Positions 1 through 11,082 of a stretch of DNA of 20,795 bases are shown in pieces. The stretch lies in the NCBI RefSeq assembly GCF_006345805.1, contig NW_021823889.1, positions 1 through 20,795 of the forward strand, written 5' to 3'. Positions within the stretch are counted from its first letter, which is position 1. Every line of letters starts with the position of its first letter. Under the pieces are notes generated by a model, which had not been told where the DNA came from, did no database searches, and was given only the letters and a program-made list of their open reading frames with translations. Both the position numbers and the translations under genes were made by a program. The stretch comes from Octopus sinensis. Lineage: Eukaryota.

Positions 1-545
1 ATAAACATACATACATACATACATACATACATACATAACATACAGCGATATAATTTGCAGCATAATTTATAGGAAGCGTGATAGTTTATTAGACGTTTCC
101 CCAGTACTGGTTATTCAATTATCAACATTGGCACAACTTCGAAAAGTGAGTATGCGTACACATACCACATACCTATATCGTGCACGACGTACTACATACA
201 TACACACATACATACATACAGACTACATACATACATACATACATACACAAACATACACACACATACAACATACATACATACATCCTGCATACATACAGAA
301 ACCATACATACATAATACATAACACACACATACACACACATACATACATTACATACATGCATACATACATACATACATACATACATCATACACACACATA
401 CAACACACTACATACATACATACATACATACAGACACACATACATACACACACATACACAATACATACATACATACACACATACATACATACATACATAC
501 ATACAACATACATACAAATACATTACATACATACATACATTACAT
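1..545. repeat. Degenerate (TACA)n/(CA)n microsatellite field, interrupted by unique sequence at about 46-160
   Basis: Direct reading: runs of CATA/TACA/CACA. The ORFs here (HTYI/MYVC repeats) are translations of the repeat. Confidence 0.95.
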
Positions 546-1110
546 ACAGATATATTATATAGGTACGTACAGTACGGAATAATACATATATACCAATGTG
601 TTCTTTGTCACAAACATTCTCAAAATATGGACACATATAAACAACGAACAATACAGCGTATGGGAGTAAGCGCCTGGAGATTCTATTTCCAGTGGGATCA
701 TGACCTCGTTGCCGGAGCAATCCAGAATACACGAAACAAAAAATGAAACAACAAATAATAGGTTGGAAAACTTTGAGACGGGTGGATCAAAAGACTATTG
801 ATGGACCCTTAAGAAGGAAAACCGTACCCGAGAAAAATAGAACTAACGTAGCTTTGTTATTTGCGACCACAAAATAAATGTGTTTGCTGTGGTTGTTACA
901 TGGATAAACATGGATTGTTATAGTAAGAACACATTTCCATAATTCCTATGTGCGGATGATCGCCATATCTTAAAGAAAAGAATCATAGCTCGTATTCTTT
1001 TTTACGGGGTGTTCTTGCTAAATTTAACGATTTTTAAGACTTTTTTTTTGTCACTTTGTTCTCGGGAACAGCTTGGTGTATTGGTGAATAGTCAATGGCG
1101 CTGGAAAGTG

Positions 1111-1235
1111 GGGACAAGGGGCTTAGAGGTTAGGGGTGTTGGACTCATGACCGTAAGTTTGTGGTTTCAATTCCTGGTCCTGGTGCCGCGTTGTGTCTTG
1201 CGCAAAACCCATCATTCCATGTTGCTCCAGGCCAC
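1111..1235 (+). mobile_element. Divergent first unit, the likely 5' end of the founder SINE, retaining an A-box-like start
   Basis: GGGACAAGGGGCTTAGAGGTTAGGGGTGTTGGACTC resembles the SINE start GGCGCAATGGCCTAGTGGTTAGGGCAGCGGACTC at 17808. It keeps CpGs (GACCGT, GCCGCG) that the array consensus lacks. Part of the divergence could be sequence error. Confidence 0.65.
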
Positions 1236-4200
1236 TCAGCTAATGGTTAGGATGTTGCACTCATGACTTCTAGATTGTGGTTTCAATTCCTGGACTGGGC
1301 AGTGCATTGTGTTCTTGAGCAAGACACTTCATTTCCTGTTGCTCCAGGCAACTCAGCTAATGGTTAGGATGTTGCACTCATGACTTCTAGATTGTGGTTT
1401 CAATTCCTGGACTGGGCAGTGCATTGTGTTCTTGAGCAAGACACTTCATTTCATGTTGCTCAGGCACTCAGCTAATGGTTAGGATGTTGCACTCATGACT
1501 TCTAGATTGTGGTTTCAATCCTGGACTGGGCAGTGCATTGTGTTCTTGAGCAAGACACTTCATTCCTGTTGCTCCAGGCCACTCAGCTAATGGTTAGGAT
1601 GTTGCACTCATGACTTCTAGATTTGTTGGTTTCAATTCCTGATGGGCAGTGCATTGTGTTCTTGAGCAAGACACTTCATTTCCTGTTGCTCCAGGCCACT
1701 CAGCTAATGGTTAGGATGTTGCACTCATGACTTCTAGATTGTGGTTTCAATTCCTGGACTGGGCAGTGCATTGTGTTCTTGAGCAAGACACTTCATTTCC
1801 TGTTGCTCCAGGCCACTCAGCTAATGGTTAGGATGTTGCACTCATGACTTCTAGATTGTGGTTTCAATTCCTGGACTGGGCAGTGCATTGTGTTCTTGAG
1901 CAAGACACTTCATTTCCTGTTGCTCCAGTCCACTCAGCTAATGGTTAGGATGTTGCACTCATGACTTCTAGATTGTGGTTTCAATTCCTGGACTGGGCAG
2001 TGCATTGTGGTCTTGAGCAAGACACTTCATTTCATGTTGCTCAGTCCACTAATGGTTAGGATGTTGCACTCATGACTTCTAGATTGTGGTTTCAATTCCT
2101 GGACTGGGCAGTGCATTGTGTTCTTGAGCAAGACACTTCATTTCATGTTGCTCCAGTCCACTCAGCTAATGGTTAGGATGTTGCACTCATGACTTCTAGA
2201 TTGTGTTTCAATTCCTGGACTGGGCAGTGCATTGTGTTCTTGAGCAAGACACTTCATTTCATGTTGCTCCAGCCACTCAGCTAATGGTTAGGATGTTGCA
2301 CTCATGACTTCCAGATTGTGGTTTCAATTCCTGGACTGGGCAGTGCATTGTGTTTGAGCAAAGACACTTCATTTCCGTTGCTCCAGTCCACTCAGCTAAT
2401 GGTTAGGATGTTGCACTCATGACTTCTAGATTGTGGTTTCAATTCCTGGACTGGCAGTGCATTGTGTTCTTGAGCAAGACACTTCATTTCATGTTGCTCC
2501 AGTCCACTCAGCTAATGGTTAGGATGTTGCACTCATGACTTCTAGATTGTGTTTCAATTCCTGGACTGGGCAGTGCATTGTGTTCTTGAGCAAGACACTT
2601 CATTTCATGTTGCTCCAGTCCACTCAGCTAATGGTTAGGATGTTGCACTCATGACTTCCAGATTGTGGTTTCAATTCCTGGACTGGGCAGTGCATTGGTT
2701 CTTGAGCAAGACACTTCATTCCTGTTGCTCCAGTCCACTCAGCTAATGGTTAGGATGTTGCACTCATGACTTCTAGATTGGTTTCAATTCCTGGACTGGG
2801 CAGTGCATTGTGTTCTTGAGCAAGACACTTCATTCATGTTGCTCCAGTCCACTCAGCTAATGGTTAGGATGTTGCACTCATGACTTCTAGATTGTGGTTT
2901 CAATTCCTGGACTGGGCAGTGCATTGTGTTCTTGAGCAAGACACTTCATTTCCTGTTGCTCCAGGCCACTCAGCTAATGGTTAGGATGTTGCACTCATGA
3001 CTTCTAGATTGTGGTTTCAATTCCTGGACTGGGCAGTGCATTGTGTTCTTGAGCAAGACACTTCATTTCACGTTGCTCCAGTCCACTCAGCTAATGGTTA
3101 GGATGTTGCACTCATGACTTCTAGATTGTGTTTTCAATTCCTGGACTGGGCAGTGCATTGTGTTCTTGAGCAAGACACTTCATTTCACGTTGCTCCAGTC
3201 CACTCAGCTAATGGTTAGGATGTTGCACTCATGACTTCTAGATTGTGTTTTCAATCCTGGAGCAGGCAGTGCATTGTGTTCTTGAGCAAGACACTTCATT
3301 TCATGTTGCTCCAGTCCACTCAGCTAATGGTTAGGATGTTGCACTCATGACTTCTAGATTGTGGTTTCAATTCCTGGACTGGGCAGTGCATTGTGTTCTT
3401 GAGCAAGACACTTCATTTCATGTTGCTCCAGTCCACTCAGCTAATGGTTAGGATGTTGCACTCATGACTTCTAGATTGTGGTTTCAATTCCTGGACTGGG
3501 CAGTGCATTGTGTTCTTGAGCAAGACACTCATTTCATGTTGCTCCAGTCCACTCAGCTAATGGTTAGGATGTTGCACTCATGACTTCTAGATTGTGTTTT
3601 CAATTCCTGGACTGGGCAGTGCATTGTGTTCTTGAGCAAGACACTTCATTTCCTGTTGCTCCAGTCCACTCAGCTAATGGTTAGGATGTTGCACTCATGA
3701 CTTCCAGATTGTGTTTTCAATTCTGGACTGGGCAGTGCATTGTGTTCTTGAGCAAGACACTTCATTTCATGTTGCTCCAGTCCACTCAGCTAATGGTTAG
3801 GATGTTGCACTCATGACTTCTAGATTGTGGTTTCAATTCCTGGACTGGGCAGTGCATTGTGTTCTTGAGCAAGACACTTCATTTCATGTTGCTCCAGTCC
3901 ACTCAGCTAATGGTTAGGATGTTGCACTCATGACTTCTAGATTGTGGTTTCAATTCCTGGACTGGGCAGTGCATTGTGTTCTTGAGCAAGACACTTCATT
4001 TCCTGTTGCTCCAGTCCACTCAGCTAATGGTTAGGATGTTGCACTCATGACTTCCAGATTGTGGTTTCAATTCCTGGACTGGGCAGTGCATTGTGTTCTT
4101 GAGCAAGACACTTCATTCCATGTTGCTCCAGTCCACTCAGCTAATGGTTAGGATGTTGCACTCATGACTTCTAGATTGTGGTTTCAATTCCTGGACTGGG

Positions 4201-7200
4201 CAGTGCATTGTGTTCTTGAGCAAGACACTTCATTTCATGTTGCTCCAGTCCACTCAGCTAATGGTTAGGATGTTGCACTCATGACTTCTAGATTGTGGTT
4301 TCAATTCCTGGACTGGGCAGTGCATTGTGTTCTTGAGCAAGACACTTCATTTCATGTTGCTCCAGTCCACTCAGCTAATGGTTAGGATGTTGCACTCATG
4401 ACTTCTAGATTGTGGTTTCAATTCCTGGACTGGGCAGTGCATTGTGTTCTTGAGCAAGACACTTCATTTCATGTTGCTCCAGTCCACTCAGCTAATGGTT
4501 AGGATGTTGCACTCATGACTTCTAGATTGTGTTTCAATTCCAGGACTGGGCAGTGCATTGTGTTCTTGAGCAAGACACTTCATTTCATGTTGCTCCAGTC
4601 CACTCAGCTAATGGTTAGGATGTTGCACTCATGACTTCTAGATTGTGGTTTCAATTCCTGGACTGGGCAGTGCATTGTGTTCTTGAGCAAGACACTTCAT
4701 TTCATGTTGCTCCAGTCCACTCAGCTAATGGTTAGGATGTTGCACTCATGACTTCTAGATTGTGGTTTCAATTCCTGGACTGGGCAGTGCATTGTGTTCT
4801 TGAGCAAGACACTTCATTTCATGTTGCTCCAGTCCACTCAGCTAATGGTTAGGATGTTGCACTCATGACTTCTAGATTGTGGTTTCAATTCCTGGACTGG
4901 GGTGCATTGTGTTCTTGAGCAAGACACTTCATTTCATGTTGCTCCAGTCCACTCAGCTAATGGTTAGGATGTTGCACTCATGACTTCTAGATTGTGTTTT
5001 CAATTCCTGGACTGGGCAGTGCATTGTGTTCTTGAGCAAGACACTTCATTTCATGTGCTCCAGTCCACTCAGCTAATGGTTAGGATGTTGCACTCATGAC
5101 TTCTAGATTGTGTTTTCAATTCCTGGACTGGGCAGTGCATTGTGTTCTTGAGCAAGACACTTTATTTCATGTTGCTCCAGTCTCAGCTAATGGTTAGGAT
5201 GTTGCACTCATGACTTCTAGATTGTGTTTCAATTCCTGGACGGCAGTGCATTGTGTTCTTGAGCAAGACACTTCATTTCATGTTGCTCCAGTCCACTCAG
5301 CTAATGGTTAGGATGTTGCACTCATGACTTCTAGATTGTGGTTTCAATTCCTGGACTGGGCAGTGCATTGTGTCTTGAGCAAGACACTTCATTTCATGTT
5401 GCTCCAGTCCACTCAGCTAATGGTTAGGATGTTGCACTCATGACTTCTAGATTGTGTTTTCAATTCCTGGACTGGGCAGTGCATTGTGTTCTTGAGCAAG
5501 ACACTTCATTTCACGTTGCTCCAGTCCACTCAGCTAATGGTTAGGATGTTGCACTCATGACTTCTAGATTGTGGTTTCAATTCCTGGACTGGGCAGTGCA
5601 TTGTGTTCTTGAGCAAGACACTTCATTTCACGTTGCTCCAGTCCACTCAGCTAATGGTTAGGATGTTGCACTCATGACTTCTAGATTGTGTTTTCAATTC
5701 CTGGACTGGGCAGTGCATTGTGTTCTTGAGCAAAACACTTTATTTCATGTTGCTCCAGTCCACTCAGCTAATGGTTAGGATGTTGCACTCATGACTTCTA
5801 GATTGTGTTTTCAATTCCTGGACTGGGCAGTGCATTGTGTTCTTGAGCAAGACACTTCATTTCATGTTGCTCCAGTCCACTCAGCTAATGGTTAGGATGT
5901 TGCACTCATGACTTCTAGATTGTGTTTTCAATTCCTGGACTGGGCAGTGCATTGTGTTCTTGAGCAAGACACTTCATTTCCTGTTGCTCCAGTCCACTCA
6001 GCTAATGGTTAGGATGTTGCACTCATGACTTCTAGATTGTGTTTTCAATTCCTGGACTGGGCAGTGCATTGTGTTCTTGAGCAAGACACTTCATTTCACG
6101 TTGCTCCAGTCCACTCAGCTAATGGTTAGGATGTTGCACTCATGACTTCTAGATTGTGGTTTCAATTCCTGGACTGGGCAGTGCATTGTGTTCTTGAGCA
6201 AGACACTTCATTTCATGTTGCTCCAGTCCACTCAGCTAATGGTTAGGATGTTGCACTCATGACTTCTAGATTGTGGTTTCAATTCCTGGACTGGGCAGTG
6301 CATTGTGTTCTTGAGCAAGACACTTCATTTCATGTTGCTCCAGTCACTCAGCTAATGGTTAGGATGTTGCACTCATGACTTCTAGATTGTGGTTTCAATT
6401 CCTGGACTGGGCAGTGCATTGTGTTCTTGAGCAAGACACTTCATTTCCTGTTGCTCCAGTCCACTCAGCTAATGGTTAGGATGTTGCACTCATGACTTCT
6501 AGATTGTGTTTTCAATTCCTGGACTGGGCAGTGCATTGTGTTCTTGAGCAAGACACTTCATTTCCTGTTGCTCCAGTCCACTCAGCTAATGGTTAGGATG
6601 TTGCACTCATGACTTCTAGATTGTGGTTTCAATTCCTGGACTGGGCAGTGCATTGTGTTCTTGAGCAAGACACTTCATTTCCTGTTGCTCAGTCCACTCA
6701 GCTAATGGTTAGGATGTTGCACTCATGACTTCTAGATTGTGGTTTCAATTCCTGGACTGGGCAGTGCATTGTGTTCTTGAGCAAGACACTTCATTTCTGT
6801 TGCTCCAGTCCACTCAGCTAATGGTTAGGATGTTGCACTCATGACTTCTAGATTGTGGTTTCAATTCCTGGACTGGGCAGTGCATTGTGTTCTTGAGCAA
6901 GACACTTCATTCCATGTTGCTCCAGTCCACTCAGCTAATGGTTAGGATGTTGCACTCATGACTTCTAGATTGTGGTTTCAATTCCTGGACTGGGCAGTGC
7001 ATTGTGTTCTTGAGCAAAACACTTCATTCATGTTGCTCCAGTCCACTCAGCTAATGGTTAGGATGTTGCACTCATGACTTCCAGATTGTGGTTTCAATTC
7101 CTGGACTGGGCAGGCATTGTGTTCTTGAGCAAGACACTTCATTCCATGTGCCCACTCAGCTAATGGTTAGGATGTTGCACTCATGACTTCTAGATTGTGG

Positions 7201-10054
7201 TTTCAATTCCTGGACTGGGCAGTGCATTGTGTTCTTGAGCAAGACACTTCATTTCCGTTGCTCCAGTCCACTCAGCTAATGGTTAGGATGTTGCACTCAT
7301 GACTTCTAGATTGTGGTTTCAATTCCTGGACTGGGCAGTGCATTGTGTTCTTGAGCAAGACACTTCATTCATGTTGCTCAGTCCACTCAGCTAATGGTTA
7401 GGATGTTGCACTCATGACTTCCAGATTGTGGTTTCAATTCCTGGACTGGGCAGTGCATTGTGTTCTTGAGCAAGACACTTCATTTCATGTTGCTCCAGTC
7501 CACTCAGCTAATGGTTAGGATGTTGCACTCATGACTTCCAGATTGTGGTTTCAATTCCTGGACTGGGCAGTGCATTGTGTTCTTGAGCAAGACACTTCAT
7601 TCCATGTTGCTCCAGTCCACTCAGCTAATGGTTAGGATGTTGCACTCATGACTTCTAGATTGTGGTTTCAATTCCTGGACTGGGCAGTGCATTGTGTTCT
7701 TGAGCAAGACACTTCATTTCATGTTGCTCCAGTCCACTCAGCTAATGGTTAGGATGTTGCACTCATGACTTCTAGATTGTGGTTTCAATTCCTGGACTGG
7801 GCAGTGCATTGTGTTCTTGAGCAAGACACTTCATTCCATGTTGCTCCAGTCCACTCAGCTAATGGTTAGGATGTTGCACTCATGACTTCTAGATTGTGGT
7901 TTCAATTCCTGGACTGGGCAGTGCATTGTGTTCTTGAGCAAGACACTTCATTCCATGTTGCTCCAGTCCACTCAGCTAATGGTTAGGATGTTGCACTCAT
8001 GACTTCTAGATTGTGGTTTCAATTCCTGGACTGGGCAGTGCATTGTGTTCTTGAGCAAGACACTTCATTTCCTGTTGCTCCAGGCCACTCAGCTAATGGT
8101 TAGGATGTTGCACTCATGACTTCTAGATTGTGGTTTCAATTCCAGGACTGGGCAGTGCATTGTGTTCTTGAGCAAGACACTTCATTCATGTTGCTCCAGT
8201 CCACTCAGCTAATGGTTAGGATGTTGCACTCATGACTTCTAGATTGTGTGTTTTCAATTCCTGGACTGGGCAGTGCATTGTGTTCTTGAGCAAGACACTT
8301 CATTTCATGTTGCTCCAGGCACTCAGCTAATGGTTAGGATGTTGCACTCATGACTTCCAGATTGTGGTTTCAATTCCTGGACTGGGCAGTGCATTGTGTT
8401 CTTGAGCAAGACACTTCATTTCATGTTGCTCCAGTCCACTCAGCTAATGGTTAGGATGTTGCACTCGTGACTTCTAGATTGTGGTTTCAATTCCTGGACT
8501 GGGCAGTGCATTGTGTTCTTGAGCAAGACACTTCATTTCCTGTTGCTCCAGGCCACTCAGCTAATGGTTAGGATGTTGCACTCATGACTTCCAGATTGTG
8601 GTTTCAATTCCTGGACTGGGCAGTGCATTGTGTTCTTGAGCAAGACACTTCATTTCATGTTGCTCCAGGCCACTCAGCTAATGGTTAGGATGTTGCACTC
8701 ATGACTTCTAGATTGTGGTTTCAATTCCTGGACTGGGCAGTGCATTGTGTTCTTGAGCAAGACACTTCATTTCCTGTTGCTCCAGTCCACTCAGCTAATG
8801 GTTAGGATGTTGCACTCATGACTTCTAGATTGTGGTTTCAATTCCTGGACTGGGCAGTGCATTGTGTTCTTGAGCAAGACACTTCATTCCATGTTGCTCC
8901 AGTCCACTCAGCTAATGGTTAGGATGTTGCACTCGTGACTTCTAGATTGTGGTTTCAATTCCTGGACTGGGCAGTGCATTGTGTTCTTGAGCAAGACACT
9001 TCATTTCCTGTTGCTCCAGGCCACTCAGCTAATGGTTAGGATGTTGCACTCATGACTTCTAGATTGTGGTTTCAGATTCCAGGACTGGGCAGGCATTTGG
9101 TTCTTGAGCAGACACTTCATTTCCTGTTGCTCCAGGCCACTCAGCTAATGGTTAGGATGTTGCACTCATGACTTCTAGATTGTGGTTCAAATTCCTGGAC
9201 TGGGCAGTGCATTGTGTTCTTGAGTAAGACACTTCATTTCACGTTGCTCCAGTCCACTCAGCTAATGGTTAGGATGTTGCACTCATGACTTCTAGATTGT
9301 GTTTCAATTCAGGACTGGGCAGTGCATTGTGTTCTTGAGCAAGACACTTCATTTCTGTTGCTCCAGGCCACTCAGCTATGGTTAGGATGTTGCACTCATG
9401 ACTTCTAGATTGTGGTTTCAATTCCTGGACTGGGCAGTGCATTGTGTTCTTGAGCAAGACACTTCATTCCATGTTGCTCCAGTCCACTCAGCTAATGGTT
9501 AGGTGTTGCACTCGGACTTCTAGATTGTGGTTTCAATTCCTGGACTGGGCAGTGCATTGTGTTCTTGAGCAAGACACTTCATTTCATGTTGCTCCAGTCC
9601 ACTCAGCTAATGGTTAGGATGTTGCACTCATGACTTCTAGATTGTGGTTTCAATTCCTGGACTGGGCAGTGCATTGTGTTCTTGAGCAAGACACTTCATT
9701 TCATGTGCTCCAGTCCACTCAGCTAATGGTAGGATGTTGCACTCATGACTTCAGATTGTGGTTTCAATTCCTGGACTGGGCAGTGCATTGTGTTCTTGAG
9801 CAAGACATTCATTTCATGTTGCTCCAGTCCACTCAGCTAATGGTTAGGATGTTGCACTCATGACTTCTAGATTGTGGTTTCAATTCCTGGACTGGGCAGT
9901 GCATTGTGTTCTTGAGCAAGACACTTCATTTCATGTTGCTCCAGTCCACTCAGCTAATGGTTAGGATGTTGCACTCATGACTTCTAGATTGTGGTTTCAA
10001 TTCCTGGACTGGGCAGTGCATTGTGTTCTTGAGCAAAACACTCCATTCCACGTT
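1111..10054 (+). repeat. Tandem satellite array, 117-bp unit, ~76-77 copies, derived from a tRNA-type SINE head plus central domain
   Basis: Consensus is GCTAATGGTTAGGATGTTGCACTCATGACTTCTAGATTGTGGTTTCAATTCCTGGACTGGGCAGTGCATTGTGTTCTTGAGCAAGACACTTCATTTCATGTTGCTCCAGTCCACTCA. Period checked at CTAATGG 4141 and 4258 (117 bp). Copy number is estimated as length/117. The unit aligns with the in-window SINE head at 17803-17910 (CTAGTGGTTAGG, GGTTTCGATTCCCAGACCGGGC, GTGTTTATGAGCGAAAACAC). Confidence 0.95.
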
Positions 10055-10058
10055 TAGA

Positions 10059-10456
10059 GGCACAGGAGTGGATATATGGTAAGAAGCTTGCATCCGAACA
10101 ACATTGTTCTGGGGTCAGTCCCACTGCCTGGCACCTTGGGCAAATGTTTCTACTATAGCCTCAGGCCGACCAAAGCCTTGTGAGTGGATTTGGTAGACAG
10201 AAGCTGGAAGAAGCCCGTCGTGTGTGTGTGTTTGTGTTGTTTGTGCCTGTGTTTGTGCCCCCCATCATCGCTTGACAATCCGTGTCGGTGTGTTTACGTC
10301 CCCGTCACTTAGCGATTCAGCAAAAAGCGACCGATAGAAGTAAAGAAGTACTAGCCTTTAAAAGAATAATTCCCGGGGTCCATTTATTCGACTAAAAGCG
10401 GTTCTCACTCATACCCGCAGTCAGATGACTGAAACAAGTAAAAGAATGAAAGAATA
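10059..10456 (+). mobile_element. tRNA-derived SINE, near full length, abutting the array end
   Basis: The head GGCACAGGAGTGG...TGGTAAGAAGCTTG...GGGTCAGTCCCACTGC is followed by a CORE-like CACCTTGGGCAAATGT, an internal (TG)n tract and a 3' repeat AAAAGAATGAAAGAATA. It matches a recalled abundant Octopus SINE. No TSD is visible. Confidence 0.8.
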
Positions 10457-10725
10457 TATATGTGTGTATAAGTATATGTATATGTCTATACACACACATA
10501 TAGGTATAAACCGTATATATATATATATATATATATACATAATATTTATACACACGTATGTATATGTGTGTGTATATATATATATATATATTATACATAT
10601 ACGTATGTGTATACACACGTATGTGTATACATACACCGTATGTACGTGTGTGTCTGTGTGTGTGCGCGCGTAAAAATTTAGTATCTGTTTAACTCTTTCC
10701 TATTATTTTTTGCGTGTGTATAGCC

Positions 10726-10756
<31 letters not shown>

Positions 10757-10762
10757 ACGTAC
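10457..10762. repeat. (TA)n/(TG)n/(CA)n compound microsatellite
   Basis: Direct reading. Confidence 0.9.
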
Positions 10763-11082
10763 AGAGAAAAACAAAGAAGTGGGGGAGGGGGCAGACTTGA
10801 AAGGGAGACACAATGGTGGGTGGATAGAGAAACACGGGAAACAGAGAAGAAGGAAGGATTGAAAAAAAAAGAGGAAAGATGATAAGCGGAAGATGAAATC
10901 CATCCGTAAGTGTGCTACATTCATCGAAATTCGAACCACTGACCGATTTTTTTATTTCTCAGCGAAAGCATTTCGCCAGCTGAATAAACCCTTTCTCTTG
11001 TAATGCACTTGGTTGCTTTATAATATAAACATTATAGTCGTCCAATCATCGCTGATGTCGGCCTACACCACCCTGACATTAG

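Noticed and set aside
128-746. His/Thr/Tyr-rich and Met/Tyr/Val/Cys ORFs
   Set aside because: These are translations of (TACA)n/(CA)n, open in several frames on both strands.
546-1110. Unique AT-rich segment before the array as a gene or promoter
   Set aside because: No recognisable motif or convincing ORF. It may include low-quality sequence.
1236-10020. Scattered single-base deletions as biological unit variants
   Set aside because: They are mostly non-recurrent and often in homopolymers or dinucleotides, which is typical of long-read consensus error. Only recurrent substitutions were interpreted.
1111-10054. CRISPR array
   Set aside because: The units are contiguous and near-identical with no unique spacers, there are no cas genes, and the context is eukaryotic.
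1111-10054. Tandem tRNA gene cluster
   Set aside because: Only the A/B-box region is tRNA-like. I could not identify an acceptor stem, the A-box is chimeric, and half the unit is SINE body.
1260-10054. Repeat-protein gene: 117 is divisible by 3 and one frame gives MTSRLWFQFLDWAVHCVLEQDTSFHVAPVHSANG* with a single TAG per unit
   Set aside because: There is a stop in every unit, frequent 1-bp indels, and a clear SINE origin. The ORFs at 1009, 9269 and 9630 exist only because indels skip stops. Readthrough has no support.
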